The notes beneath the pieces are model-generated. The model worked only from the letters and a program-made list of their open reading frames with translations, had not been told where the DNA came from and made no database searches. The translations under genes were made by a program, and so were the position numbers. From Candidatus Kerfeldbacteria bacterium (GTDB taxonomy: Bacteria; Patescibacteriota; Patescibacteriia; SBBC01; CAIJZX01), in the NCBI GenBank assembly GCA_963731735.1, contig CAVSWO010000002.1, forward strand, positions 334,106-398,105: 64,000 nucleotides of DNA, in the 5' to 3' direction. Positions 37,360 through 48,271 of this stretch are shown here, in pieces. Position 1 is the stretch's first letter. Each line of letters opens with the position of its first letter.

Positions 37360-38463
37360 ATGAAATTTACTTGTACGCAGGAAAATTTATCCAAGGGACT
37401 CACCTTGGTGAGCCGTGCGGCTAGCCGCAACGTAACGTTGCCGATCCTCAACAACGTCTTGCTGGTGGCCGAACAAAACTCGATCCAGCTACAGACCACC
37501 AATCTAGAGTTGGCTGTGTCAGTAACCATTCGCGGAAAAATCGAATCCCCAGGGCGCTACACCGTGCAATCTCGTCTGCTGGCCGAGTTTATGAGTTTTT
37601 TGGAACACGAAAATATCACGCTCGAGCTCACGGACGCCGGTCTCGTGGTAACCTCGGGACACAGCCACACCACCATCAAAGGTCTGCCAGCCGATGAGTT
37701 CCCGGTTTTACCGAAGGTCAGCGACGGACAACAATTTAGCTTACCGGCCAACGAGCTGCAGCGAATGCTTGAGGGGGTGGTATTCGCAGCCGCCAATGAT
37801 GAATCACGGCCAGAAATTTCCGGCATTTATCTCCAGGCCCAAGAAAGCCGGATTACCGTGGCCGCGACCGACAGTTACCGGCTCGCTGAGCGCCACGGAA
37901 AGGCTCTGAGCGCCCCGACACAACCCGTTGCGGTTATCCTGCCATCTCGGACCGCCCAAGAGCTCCTCCGCAACCTTCCGGGAGACGCCACCGAGGTAAA
38001 AATTTCAGCCGGCGAGACCCAAATTTCGTTCCAGCTGGAAACAACGGAAATTGTATCTCGGCTAATAGAAGGCAGATACCCCGACTACCAAAACATTGTT
38101 CCCAAGCAGTTTTCGACAAAAATTACCGCTTCGCGCGACGCGCTGACCAGCAACATTCGGGCGGCCAGTTTATTTTGTAAGCCCGGGATTCATGATCTAA
38201 CGGTGCGGGTTGATGAGGGAAAAAAATCGTTGTTTCTGCAGGCCGCCAACACGCAAGTAGGCGAACACGAATCAAGCATGCCGGCCGAATATGAAGGGCA
38301 ACCACAAGAGGTGGTCTTCAATTACCGCTATTTACTCGACGGCCTCCAAAGCTTGCACGGGGAAGAAATCACTATCGAGCTGACCGACGCGCAATCCCCC
38401 GGCGTTCTTCGAGCCAGTGGCCAAGCGGACGACCTGTATTTATTGATGCCGATTCGACAATAA
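37360..38463 (+). CDS. dnaN: DNA polymerase III beta sliding clamp
   Basis: 367 aa, three-domain clamp pattern. Confidence 0.95.
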   Translation: MKFTCTQENLSKGLTLVSRAASRNVTLPILNNVLLVAEQNSIQLQTTNLELAVSVTIRGKIESPGRYTVQSRLLAEFMSFLEHENITLELTDAGLVVTSGHSHTTIKGLPADEFPVLPKVSDGQQFSLPANELQRMLEGVVFAAANDESRPEISGIYLQAQESRITVAATDSYRLAERHGKALSAPTQPVAVILPSRTAQELLRNLPGDATEVKISAGETQISFQLETTEIVSRLIEGRYPDYQNIVPKQFSTKITASRDALTSNIRAASLFCKPGIHDLTVRVDEGKKSLFLQAANTQVGEHESSMPAEYEGQPQEVVFNYRYLLDGLQSLHGEEITIELTDAQSPGVLRASGQADDLYLLMPIRQ

Positions 38464-38465
38464 CG

Positions 38466-38765
38466 ATGCAGTCGCTTCGCGAAGCGCTCGGCAGCGCCTC
38501 TCACGGCGCCACCAACTGGGACGCAGCCATCGTGGCCGCCACCCAAGACGCCATCCAACAAACGCTTCCCGACCAGGCGCGATATGCGCGCGCCACCAGC
38601 GTCCGGCACGGCCAGGTAACCGTGACGGTTTTTCATGGAGCCTTAGCGGGGCTGTTGTCGATGGAACACGAAAAAATCTGCCAAACCGCAAACCAGCTTC
38701 TAGCACAGCGCTTCCCGGAACGGCGACTGACGGTTGAGCGGTTAATTAGCCGCGTTACTTCGTAA
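38466..38765 (+). CDS. DUF721/DciA-like small protein
   Basis: W..AIVAAT...GQVTVTVFHGALAGLL...; position right after dnaN. Confidence 0.4.
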   Translation: MQSLREALGSASHGATNWDAAIVAATQDAIQQTLPDQARYARATSVRHGQVTVTVFHGALAGLLSMEHEKICQTANQLLAQRFPERRLTVERLISRVTS

Positions 38766-41658
38766 CGGTTACACCCAGATCGTCGCTCTGGGTGGTTTTT
38801 CCCGAACCGTTCTTCATGACCACATAGAGCTGGTAGGTGCCTGGATCAACGGCGGGCCAGGAGAACGTGACCGTGTTGGTTGTTGGTGATGACACACTGT
38901 CCACCACCACCGACTTCCCGTCAGCGTTTTTTTGGTAGAGCGTAACGGTGCTCACCTCGGCCGGGTCATAAGCGAAGGCGGTGACGGTCACCGGAAAAGC
39001 GGCCGGATCAATTGTGGACCCCGGAGCGGGAGAAATAATGTAGGTCGTGGCCGAGGCGCTGCCCGGTAAATAATTTATGGTGACGGAACTGGTAGTCGTT
39101 TCGTCGTTGGTGTTTGTGAGCGTGGCCAAAATAGTATGGAAGCCACTTTCGGTTTTTGACAGATCTATCGAAGCGGTATACGGAGCGCCCGTCAGAGTAG
39201 TCACCGTGTTGCCATCCAGCGCCACCGTCAGCGTTTTTGTTCCAGCCGAGGCCAGTACGTCCATGGTTATCGGCAACGTGGCAGCGGTAATTGTGGCAAA
39301 CTGTTTAGGTGAAGAAATTGATACAGACAGTTTATCCGAACCCACTCGCAGACTACACAGCTCATCAGCCGGAGCCTTGGACAAATACCCATTATCCTTC
39401 GCCCAGGCCTGAACTGGCGCCTCCCAACGATCAAACATCGGGTCTTTACTTGGATCACTTGGCGGATCACCTTGCGGATCATCCTTTTGGACATAGTAGA
39501 GAATCGAATGTACGGCGCTCAAGGTAACCGTTTTTTTGTAGGCAGCCGGCCATTTATCGACACAACTGTCGGGGATGCGCTTGCCGGTTACTGAATCTAC
39601 CGTCAAGGTGGTCTTATTCGCATACTGACTATTCAAAACGGGCTTGGTGGTGGTGCTGGGTTTCGGACCCGGAAAATTGACAGCCGGATCACCCTCCAAG
39701 GCGCGCTTCATAAAAGCGTTCCAAATCGGCGCGGCCACAATCGACCCGTCGGCACCCGATCGCATCGGACTGTTGTCATTATTGCCGACCCAAACACCGG
39801 CTGCCAACTGCGGTGTAAAGCCCATCGTCCACCCGTCAACAAAGTCGTTGGTGGTGCCGGTTTTGGCCGCCACTTTGCGGCCCGGCAATGTCAATAAGTT
39901 GTGAGCACCAAAGACAAACGCCCGGGCACCATTGTCCGACAAGACATCATCAAGCTCTCGTACCGGCTCTTCCGGCAACACGCGCTCAGACTTATCTTGA
40001 TACAGCTCAAGGATTTTTCCTTTAGCATCTTCAACACGCAGCAGGGCGGTGGTTGGATTTCGAACCCCGTCATTGGCCAGCGTCGCAAAGGCGCTAACGT
40101 GCTCAATTAAACGCACCGCTCCACCACCAATGGCCAAGGCTAGGCCGAGTTTTGAGCGATCTAAGGTGGTATACCCAAGCTTTTCAGCCGTATCAACCGT
40201 TGACGGTATTCCGGCCAAATAGAGCGTTTTAACCGCCGGAATGTTCAGCGACCCGTCCAGGGTTTGGCGCATCTGCAGCGGACCGTGTTCCTTAAAGTCA
40301 TAATTATCCGGTGAAAAATCTTTACCCGATCCGTCGGGACCGAAATCGGTTTTCAAATCAAACAAGACCGTGGCCGGGGTATACCCCTTCATGAAGGCCG
40401 TTAGGTAGACAATTGGTTTAAACGAGGAACCGGGATTACGTAAAGCCGTGGCGACGTTAAAGTTTCCATCATGGGCGGAGTCAAAATAGTCGCGCGACCC
40501 CACCATCGCTAACAGCTGCCCCGACTTCGGCTCAATCGCCACCAGTGAAGCATTGCTGGCCTTATAGCGCGCCTCGTTGCGTTCAGCCCCGGCCGCCACT
40601 TCTTCTTCAGCAATTTTTTGAAGGTCGGGGTCAAGCGTCGTCACCACCTTTAATCCGCCCCGCTCCAACTGCGAGGTGCCGTATTTCTTTTCAAGATAAT
40701 CGCGCACATAAAACACGAAATGCGGGGCGATTATTTTGTCCTTACTCGGAGAAATGCGAGACAAAATATCAACCGCGACGGCCGCCTTTTCCTGATCCTT
40801 CGTAATCTTTTTTTGTTGGCGCATTAAATCAAGCACCAACTTCCAGCGATCTAAAACTTCGTCGGTGTGGTTACCGCGAGGAGAATAATACGACGGAGCC
40901 GGCAAGATAGCAGCCAGTAAGGCGCTTTCCGGCAAATCTAAATCTTTGGCGTGTTTATTGAAATACGTTTGGGCGGCCGCCTCGACTCCGTAAGCATTCG
41001 AACCGTAAGGAATTTCATTGAAGTAGAGCTTCAGGATCTGATCCTTGGTAAAACGCCGCTCAATTTGATACGCCAAAACCCACTCCTTAACCTTTCGAAC
41101 AACCGACTTTTCATTGGTTAAAATTGCGTTTTTTACAAGCTGCTGGGTAATCGTCGAACCGCCCTGGGAACGCGAGCCCGTTAACAAATCAACAAAAATA
41201 GCCCGCAGCGTTCCGCGCAGAGAAATGCCGCCGTGGTTATAAAAATCTTTATCTTCAATCGCCAGCGTGGCATCTTTGGTATACTTGCCGACTTGATCGA
41301 GATCAACCAAAGTACGCCGCTGATCGCCGTGGATTTCAAACAGTAACGTGGCTCCGTCACGCGCATAAATCTTCGTACTCTGAGCGACTGAGCGATCACT
41401 CAGCTTGTTCGGATCCGGTAAATCTTGCGAGACCCAGGCGACAAACCCAACCAACAAGACTATCCCGACCAGGACAGCAGTAATTCCGATTTGAATTATT
41501 TTCTTCTTGGTATGGCGCGGAAGATTCGACCAGCGGCCGGGAAAAGACTTGAACGGCAAACGCGAACCGCCCCCTACCCGACTCCGGCGGGATTCCGAGG
41601 CTTTGCCTGACAGCGGTTTCGGCGGACGCAACACGGGCATAGAAACGCTGTTGAGCAT
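38755..41658 (-). CDS. class A penicillin-binding protein (transglycosylase + transpeptidase) with long C-terminal Ig-like/T-rich extension
   Basis: GT51 motifs (GGSTITQQLVKN), SSFKP (SxxK), KTGTT; N-terminal TM anchor. Confidence 0.9.
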   Translation of the reverse strand: MLNSVSMPVLRPPKPLSGKASESRRSRVGGGSRLPFKSFPGRWSNLPRHTKKKIIQIGITAVLVGIVLLVGFVAWVSQDLPDPNKLSDRSVAQSTKIYARDGATLLFEIHGDQRRTLVDLDQVGKYTKDATLAIEDKDFYNHGGISLRGTLRAIFVDLLTGSRSQGGSTITQQLVKNAILTNEKSVVRKVKEWVLAYQIERRFTKDQILKLYFNEIPYGSNAYGVEAAAQTYFNKHAKDLDLPESALLAAILPAPSYYSPRGNHTDEVLDRWKLVLDLMRQQKKITKDQEKAAVAVDILSRISPSKDKIIAPHFVFYVRDYLEKKYGTSQLERGGLKVVTTLDPDLQKIAEEEVAAGAERNEARYKASNASLVAIEPKSGQLLAMVGSRDYFDSAHDGNFNVATALRNPGSSFKPIVYLTAFMKGYTPATVLFDLKTDFGPDGSGKDFSPDNYDFKEHGPLQMRQTLDGSLNIPAVKTLYLAGIPSTVDTAEKLGYTTLDRSKLGLALAIGGGAVRLIEHVSAFATLANDGVRNPTTALLRVEDAKGKILELYQDKSERVLPEEPVRELDDVLSDNGARAFVFGAHNLLTLPGRKVAAKTGTTNDFVDGWTMGFTPQLAAGVWVGNNDNSPMRSGADGSIVAAPIWNAFMKRALEGDPAVNFPGPKPSTTTKPVLNSQYANKTTLTVDSVTGKRIPDSCVDKWPAAYKKTVTLSAVHSILYYVQKDDPQGDPPSDPSKDPMFDRWEAPVQAWAKDNGYLSKAPADELCSLRVGSDKLSVSISSPKQFATITAATLPITMDVLASAGTKTLTVALDGNTVTTLTGAPYTASIDLSKTESGFHTILATLTNTNDETTTSSVTINYLPGSASATTYIISPAPGSTIDPAAFPVTVTAFAYDPAEVSTVTLYQKNADGKSVVVDSVSSPTTNTVTFSWPAVDPGTYQLYVVMKNGSGKTTQSDDLGVTVTK

Positions 41659-41687
41659 ACTATATATTTGCTATACTTTCAAGCACT

Positions 41688-42890
41688 ATGGCCAGCACCA
41701 CCCCGACCAGTCACGAACAACTCTTTACCCGCGGAGTCGCCGAAATTATTGATGAAAAACACCTTAAGCTCCGGATCGGCCGCAATCGGAAACTTCGTAT
41801 TAAATATGGGATCGATCCAACCAGTCCTCACATTCACCTGGGGCACGCTGTGCCGCTTCGCAAACTTCGCGAGTGGCAAGATGCTGGGCATCAGGCAGTG
41901 GTAGTCATTGGCGACTACACGGCCCAGGTCGGAGACCCGACCGGACGCGATAAGCAACGCGTGGCGCTGTCCCGAGACGCCATCAAACGGAACGTTGCAT
42001 CGTACAAAGAGCAGGTGGTAAAAATACTTGATCCTAAAAAAACCGAATTTCTTTACAACAGCAGCTGGCACAACAAACTTTCACCCAAAGAATTTTTTGG
42101 CCTGCTTCGCGATACCAGCCTGCAGCAACTGCTGGCGCACGAAACTTTTAAGCAGCGCCTCGCCCACGAACAGCCGCTGAGCATGCTTGAGCTCATCTAC
42201 CCGATTTTGCAAGCCTACGATTCGGTCGAAATTCAAGCCGACGTCGAGCTGGGCGGCATTGATCAAAAATTTAATTTACTTTTTGGACGGGAACTCCAAT
42301 CGCGATTTGACCAAGAGCCGCAAGATATTATGCTAATGCCATACCTGGTTGGCACCGACGGCAAGCAAAAAATGAGTAAGTCGCTCGGTAACACCATTAA
42401 TCTCGAAGACCCGCCTACCGAAATGTTTGGCAAGGTGATGTCGATTCCAGATGCGGCCCTCCCCGCTTACGCGGAGCTGGCGGCCAATTACTCGACCCAG
42501 GCCACCAAAGAACTAAAAACGCGGCTCCGAAAAAAGAGCGTTAACCCCCGCGATGAAAAACACGCCGTGGCGCTAGCCATCGTGTCGCTCTACTATGGAC
42601 CAGCTGCGGCCGAACAGGCCGGACAAGAATTTATTAGAGTCTTTCGTCACAAACAGGCGCCAAGCCGGACCCAAAAAATCATCGTCACGGCCGGACAACA
42701 CCAACTCATTAACTTATTGGTAAGCCACCAACTGGCCGCCAGCCGGACCACCGCCCGACGATTGATTGAACAAGGCGCGATTAAAGTTGACAAAAAAACA
42801 GTCACCGATTGGGAAACCTCAATTATCGCTCGACCAGGTACCTTAATCCAAGTCGGTAAAAAAACCTTCGTTACGCTTGAGCTTGAGTAA
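41688..42890 (+). CDS. tyrS: tyrosyl-tRNA synthetase
   Basis: HLGH, GGIDQKFN, KMSKS, C-terminal S4-like domain. Confidence 0.92.
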   Translation: MASTTPTSHEQLFTRGVAEIIDEKHLKLRIGRNRKLRIKYGIDPTSPHIHLGHAVPLRKLREWQDAGHQAVVVIGDYTAQVGDPTGRDKQRVALSRDAIKRNVASYKEQVVKILDPKKTEFLYNSSWHNKLSPKEFFGLLRDTSLQQLLAHETFKQRLAHEQPLSMLELIYPILQAYDSVEIQADVELGGIDQKFNLLFGRELQSRFDQEPQDIMLMPYLVGTDGKQKMSKSLGNTINLEDPPTEMFGKVMSIPDAALPAYAELAANYSTQATKELKTRLRKKSVNPRDEKHAVALAIVSLYYGPAAAEQAGQEFIRVFRHKQAPSRTQKIIVTAGQHQLINLLVSHQLAASRTTARRLIEQGAIKVDKKTVTDWETSIIARPGTLIQVGKKTFVTLELE

Positions 42891-43848
42891 ACGAGTCGCG
42901 ATAAAATTCAGCCGCTTCTTCCGGACTAATGGAGTTGATGACTAGTCGCGATCCCAATTCCAACCCAGCCCAAACATCGCGGCGTGGCGCAATTCGCAGA
43001 TAGAGGTGTTCGGTTTGGTCACCAACCACTTGGTGCATATAGTAATTGTATGGTAGTCCGGCCTGATATAAGCGCGTTAACAGCAATTTAATATATTTTG
43101 CCATCTCACGAATTTCAGACTCATTTAGCTGGCTAACATTATCAACCCGGCGCCAAGGCATAATCCAGGCCTCATAGTTATAGAGCGACGCGTAGGGTGT
43201 CAGCGCGCAAACATATTTCCCAGACGAAATCCAACGCGGCCCGTTCCGTTCACGAATCAGCAAGTCGCTATAGTAGTCGGTGTTATGAATAATTCGGTAT
43301 TCATTCGCCCGCTTGCGGCGGGTGATCACGTGCGGCGGCACGTAGGTTGAGGCAAAAATTTGGGAGTGGGCATGGTTTAACGAGGCGCCGGCCCGACCAC
43401 CATTATTTTTAAATATCAACACATAGCGGATTTTCTTGTCTTTTTGTAGGGCCCGAACGCGGCGAGAATAGGCGCGTAAAATGTCTTCGAGATGCGCCTC
43501 CGGCAAAGTCGAAACATCCACCCCGTAATCAGGCGTATCAACCACCACCTCCTGATACCCATAGGCCTTAGGGTTATCGGTTGTGACAACTGGATAAATA
43601 TTTTTAATCACTTTGACGCGCCAATTTCGAGCCCCACCCATGGTAAGTAAGCTGTGCACCTTCCCAAGCCGTTTTGGACTAAACGCGTCCTGCTCCGGAT
43701 CGATTGATGGTGAACTGTCCGGCGATCGAAACTTTGTTTCATCCGGACGATTGTTGCGATTCGGGGCGATAATGACCTGTCGATCGTGGACGTAATCCAC
43801 GCGAATTTCCGATTGTCGAACTTCTTTTTTTGAATTATTTTTTGCCAT
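42871..43848 (-). CDS. galT: galactose-1-phosphate uridylyltransferase (HIT superfamily)
   Basis: LNHAHSQIFAS (HxHxQ) and overall length; start trimmed to MAKNNSKK. Confidence 0.65.
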   Translation of the reverse strand: MAKNNSKKEVRQSEIRVDYVHDRQVIIAPNRNNRPDETKFRSPDSSPSIDPEQDAFSPKRLGKVHSLLTMGGARNWRVKVIKNIYPVVTTDNPKAYGYQEVVVDTPDYGVDVSTLPEAHLEDILRAYSRRVRALQKDKKIRYVLIFKNNGGRAGASLNHAHSQIFASTYVPPHVITRRKRANEYRIIHNTDYYSDLLIRERNGPRWISSGKYVCALTPYASLYNYEAWIMPWRRVDNVSQLNESEIREMAKYIKLLLTRLYQAGLPYNYYMHQVVGDQTEHLYLRIAPRRDVWAGLELGSRLVINSISPEEAAEFYRDSFTQAQA

Positions 43849-45277
43849 AGAAACGAAGATAAGCGCGCGCTGATCGATCCCAGGAAAAATCTTGGGCCAT
43901 TGCGCGCTGGACGGCCTCCGACCAAATAGCTGACTGCGCAAAGAGACGGAGTGCCCGCTTGATCACCTGCGCGATCGCGGTTGATGTAAACGGTTGGAAG
44001 ACGAATCCGGTACCATGCTCGGGCCAGTCCGCCAGATCAACCACGGTGTCATGTAAGCCGCCGGTGTCCCGGACAATTGGTAGTGTACCATATCGCATGG
44101 CAATCATCTGCCCCAAACCACACGGTTCAAATTGGGAAGGCATAAGAAACGCGTCACCGCCGGCGTACATGCGATTCGCAAGAGCCGCATTAAATTTTTC
44201 GACAAAAGCCATGCGGGTGGAAAACTGCCGCTGCAAACGCTGTAATGCGCGGGCGATGTCCGGGTTACCAGACCCCAAAATTGCTAGCTGCAGGGGCTGG
44301 GAGAATATTTTTTTTCCGGCCGCCGCTAATAACTGATAACCCTTTTGAGGCGTTAATCTGCCGACCGAAACAACCAGCGGAATTTTTGGATTAACCGGCA
44401 GTCCAAGCTCAGTCTGGAGCTTAGCTTTTAATTGGGGCTTGGCTACCGCGACAGTGGCCGCGGTGTAGTGCCTCGATAAGTCCGGATCACTGGCCGGATT
44501 AAAACGTTCAATATCAATGCCATTCAAGACGCCTTGAACGCCCTGCGGGCGGCGGGCCAAATCACGCTCTAAGCCAAAACCGAATTCCGAAGTTAAGATT
44601 TCTTTCGCATAGGTTGGGCTGACCGTGTTAACACTGTCGGCTAAGACTATGCCCTGCTGAAACAAATTTACATCTCGATCATAATCGCGCAATTGAAAAG
44701 TTTTCAGCCACTGAGCGCTTGGACCAAACCATGACCACAGCTGCTTGGCCTGCCATTTTCCCTGGGTGTTTAAGTTATGAATCGTTAAAACCGTTCGGGG
44801 CAGTAACCGTTGACGGGACATTCCCAGCCAGAGAATCGTACTCGCCGAATGCCAATCATGCGCGTGCACGACGTCAGCGCGCCAAGCCGAGCGAACCGCG
44901 ACACCGGCCGCGACCGAGGAAAAGGTGATAAACCGCCGCAACTCTTTGGCTAGCTCAGCCTGAGTTCGCTGGGTCGCATAGACTTCAGAAAACAATTCTG
45001 GTTGATCGGGAACATCAACCAACCACAACGGCACCGTTGAGTCCGGCAATTGGGCTTGACCAACCCGCGCCGCGACCCGTTTTCCAGCCCACTGACCGCT
45101 GACGGCAAACCAATTTTTCGGTCGCAGTTGCTTACGGAGCGAAGTGTAATAGGGAATTATCACTCGGGCATCGTGTCCAAGCTCGCGGAGTGCTTTCGGC
45201 AAGGCACCCACGACATCACCCAAGCCACCCACCTTGATCACCGGCGTGACTTCTGCGGCCACAAACAGAATGTTCAT
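43835..45277 (-). CDS. glgA: glycogen/starch synthase (GT5)
   Basis: MNILFVAAEVTPVIKVGGLGDVVGALPKAL. Confidence 0.85.
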   Translation of the reverse strand: MNILFVAAEVTPVIKVGGLGDVVGALPKALRELGHDARVIIPYYTSLRKQLRPKNWFAVSGQWAGKRVAARVGQAQLPDSTVPLWLVDVPDQPELFSEVYATQRTQAELAKELRRFITFSSVAAGVAVRSAWRADVVHAHDWHSASTILWLGMSRQRLLPRTVLTIHNLNTQGKWQAKQLWSWFGPSAQWLKTFQLRDYDRDVNLFQQGIVLADSVNTVSPTYAKEILTSEFGFGLERDLARRPQGVQGVLNGIDIERFNPASDPDLSRHYTAATVAVAKPQLKAKLQTELGLPVNPKIPLVVSVGRLTPQKGYQLLAAAGKKIFSQPLQLAILGSGNPDIARALQRLQRQFSTRMAFVEKFNAALANRMYAGGDAFLMPSQFEPCGLGQMIAMRYGTLPIVRDTGGLHDTVVDLADWPEHGTGFVFQPFTSTAIAQVIKRALRLFAQSAIWSEAVQRAMAQDFSWDRSARAYLRFYGKK

Positions 45278-45348
45278 ATCTTCGTCTTGATTTTGACTCA
45301 ATCAAAAAACAACGTCCATCCTAAGCATAGCATGTCTACGCGCGAGCG

Positions 45349-46827
45349 TCAGGCACGACGGGTCACGGCTGAACGGCGCAATTGCACGGCACGCCGATAC
45401 AGTTCGACATACTTTCGAGACGGAAGTTCCCAAGAAAAAGACTGACGCATGGCTTGCCAGGTCAAATGCTCCCAGACCTTTGGGTATTTATAGGTTTCAA
45501 TCGCTCGCGTTAGGGCCATCAAGAAGTCCTCAGGCTCATACGTATCGAAGACAAAACCGGTTCCGACACCGGTGCGCGGATTGAAGTCGGAGATGGTGTC
45601 GGCCAGCCCGCCGGTGCGGTGAACAATCGGAACCGAACCGTAGCGCAGGCTGAGCAGCTGAGAAATGCCACAGGGCTCAAAACGCGAAGGCATTAAAAAC
45701 ATATCCGACCCGGCGTATACCCGCGAACCCCACGACTCGGAAAATTCCAAATGCGCGGCTACCTGATCAGGATACTTGCGCGCCATCATCCGGAAATATT
45801 TCATGTAGGTTTTTCCGCCCGCCCCAATCGAAACAAACTGCACCGGTTGCCGCAAGATAATCGGCAATATCTTCATGACTAAATCGTAGCCTTTTTGTTC
45901 GGTTAACCGATGGACCATGCCGATGAGCGGGACATCGCGGCGGACCGGCAAACCGATCGCCTGTTGCAACTGGTCTTTGTTCAGCCATTTCTTATCAAGC
46001 GAATTCCAGTCGTAATGAATAGTCAGGTACTTATCGACGTTTGGATTAAAGACGGAGTAGTCAACGCCGTTAATAATTCCGAAGACGCGATTTTTTCGGC
46101 GGCGTAAGTACGGGTCGAGCCCCTCGCCAAATTTCGGCGTTAAAATTTCCTTGGCGTAGCGCTCACTGACCGTACTGATTAAGTCCGCGTGCTTGATGCC
46201 ACGCAGCGCTAAATTCATGTATTTCACTTTTTCGCCCTTGACCGGCGGCAAGCCGAACCCCTTGTCACGTTTTCGGGGCGGCACCTTCTTCCGTGAACCA
46301 GCCATTTGGTAATAGAGGTTATGAATGGTGTACAAGGTGGCTGTTTCCTTCCAAAAGGGGTCTTTGGAAAAATGCATAGCCAACCAGTTGGGGATTAAGC
46401 CGGTATGCCAGTCATTGCAGTGCAGCACGTCAGGCGCCTGACCCAGCTTGGGGAACAGGAAGAAAATAGACCAACAGAAAAAAGCCCAACGATAGTTATC
46501 ATCGGCATATCCGTAGACTTTGTCGCGATCGCTAAATAATTCGGCTTGATAGATAAAATAAATCGGGACCGGTTCCGGGGTCGGCATCTCGGCCTTTAAA
46601 AATCGCGTTGTATAGGAGTGTCCGGCAAATTCGATGGTGGTTTCAGCCACCAATGTTTTTTTAATATTCTGGACATCCATAAATTTGTAATATGGCATGA
46701 CCACACACACCTCATTGCCGAGTAATTTCAATTGCTTCGGTAACGCATAGGCGACATCAGCCAAGCCCCCAATTTTCGAATAGGGGGAGACTTCAGCCGC
46801 AATAACTGCGATCCGTGGAGAGGCCAT
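45349..46827 (-). CDS. second glycogen-synthase-like GT5 glycosyltransferase
   Basis: IAVIAAEVSPYSKIGGLADVAYALPKQL. Confidence 0.8.
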   Translation of the reverse strand: MASPRIAVIAAEVSPYSKIGGLADVAYALPKQLKLLGNEVCVVMPYYKFMDVQNIKKTLVAETTIEFAGHSYTTRFLKAEMPTPEPVPIYFIYQAELFSDRDKVYGYADDNYRWAFFCWSIFFLFPKLGQAPDVLHCNDWHTGLIPNWLAMHFSKDPFWKETATLYTIHNLYYQMAGSRKKVPPRKRDKGFGLPPVKGEKVKYMNLALRGIKHADLISTVSERYAKEILTPKFGEGLDPYLRRRKNRVFGIINGVDYSVFNPNVDKYLTIHYDWNSLDKKWLNKDQLQQAIGLPVRRDVPLIGMVHRLTEQKGYDLVMKILPIILRQPVQFVSIGAGGKTYMKYFRMMARKYPDQVAAHLEFSESWGSRVYAGSDMFLMPSRFEPCGISQLLSLRYGSVPIVHRTGGLADTISDFNPRTGVGTGFVFDTYEPEDFLMALTRAIETYKYPKVWEHLTWQAMRQSFSWELPSRKYVELYRRAVQLRRSAVTRRA

Positions 46828-46831
46828 ACGC

Positions 46832-47338
46832 CTATGGTAACACGAGGGCCTGCATTCCGCACAGTGCGACCGCTAAGGCGTCAATCGTGTCATCGTAGCG
46901 TGGTCGCTGATCAAGTTTCAGCAAGGTCATCACCATGGTTGTCATCTGGGCTTTGTCAGCTCGTCCGTATCCAGCCACCGAAGATTTTATGGTGGTCGGA
47001 CTGTACTCAATAATTGGCAAACCAGCTTGTGCAATGGCCAAGAAGGCTACTCCACGCGCCTGCCCAACCTGCATAGCCGTGGTTACGTTATTGGTGAAAA
47101 ACAATTCTTCAGCCGCCACTCGGTCGGGTGTAAACTCCTGGAGAATAGCAGCCAGGTCAATGTATATCTTTTTTAATCGGTCCGGGGTCGGACTGTTAGC
47201 CGGGGTTGTCATACAGCCGGCTGCCACCAGGCGCGGTTGACCGGCGCCGGTCAGGATCGCCCAACCAAACCGTCCCAGGCCGGGATCAAGACCGAGTACA
47301 ATCGGCGATTTAGGCGGTGAAGACTTGGTCGACATCAT
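46832..47338 (-). CDS. ruvC: crossover junction endodeoxyribonuclease RuvC
   Basis: IVLGLDPGLGRFGWAIL...; start position uncertain (overlaps yebC 3' end). Confidence 0.8.
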   Translation of the reverse strand: MMSTKSSPPKSPIVLGLDPGLGRFGWAILTGAGQPRLVAAGCMTTPANSPTPDRLKKIYIDLAAILQEFTPDRVAAEELFFTNNVTTAMQVGQARGVAFLAIAQAGLPIIEYSPTTIKSSVAGYGRADKAQMTTMVMTLLKLDQRPRYDDTIDALAVALCGMQALVLP

Positions 47339-48014
47339 CGTGTTCATCGAGCGCCTCAAGCAGGCGCTGTCCTTCGGCGGAGAGATCAGGGCCAGAGGTT
47401 TTCGGAAGCCACACTACCTCGGCTCGACTCACCAGAAGTCCCGCCTGCCGCGCCCAGGCGCTCAGGGCCGAAAGTTTTTCCGGAGCACTCATCAACAACC
47501 AGGCGTTTTCTTCCGAACGAAAATCGTTGGCGCCGGCATCAATCGCGGCCAGAGTAAAATCATCGATCTGGGCAGCGCCGGGAGACGGCTCAACCGTGAC
47601 CACGCCTACCCGATCAAACATCCAGCTGACGCTATTTGTGCCACCCAGTGATCCGCCGTGCTTGGTAAAGATAGATCGCAAATCGCCGGCCGTGCGGTTT
47701 GGGTTATCGGTCGTGGCCTGGACAATAATTGGCAATTGTCCGGGGCCAAATCCCTCATACAACATCTCCTTAAGCGCCTGGTCTCGATTTTGCCCTGAAC
47801 CGGCCGCCACCGCGCGTTCAACATTGTCATTCGGCATATTGACCGCGCGCGCCCGATCAATCGCCAGACGTAATTTGAAATTTGTATCAGGATCGGCGCC
47901 GTCGCGGGCGGCTACGGCAATCTGTCGCGCAAGTTTTCCAAAAACAGCGGAACGCTTGGCGTCCGCTACCCCCTTCTGACGCTTAATTGTTGACCATTTT
48001 GAGTGCCCAGACAT
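47310..48014 (-). CDS. yebC: YebC/PmpR-family transcriptional regulator
   Basis: MSGHSKWSTIKRQKG... Confidence 0.9.
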   Translation of the reverse strand: MSGHSKWSTIKRQKGVADAKRSAVFGKLARQIAVAARDGADPDTNFKLRLAIDRARAVNMPNDNVERAVAAGSGQNRDQALKEMLYEGFGPGQLPIIVQATTDNPNRTAGDLRSIFTKHGGSLGGTNSVSWMFDRVGVVTVEPSPGAAQIDDFTLAAIDAGANDFRSEENAWLLMSAPEKLSALSAWARQAGLLVSRAEVVWLPKTSGPDLSAEGQRLLEALDEHDDVDQVFTA

Positions 48015-48271
48015 ACAAATCCGTCCTTCCCGAGCCGATTGGCTTGGCCTCAAGTATACGGAAAGCGACCGCACCGGTCAATCCGGATGAGTTGTGCACA
48101 CGTCCGACTCTTGCGCTCAAAAAAATCGTCTGCTAGAGTCCAAGCACGCGGTTGAACAAAATTCGTTCAAAGCGCGAAAGACAAAAACAACGATGAAAGC
48201 ACCTTCTGGCATCCATGCTTGGTCAGAAGCGCTTTCATCGTTCACCACAGACCGTCCAGCTGCCAGAATGA

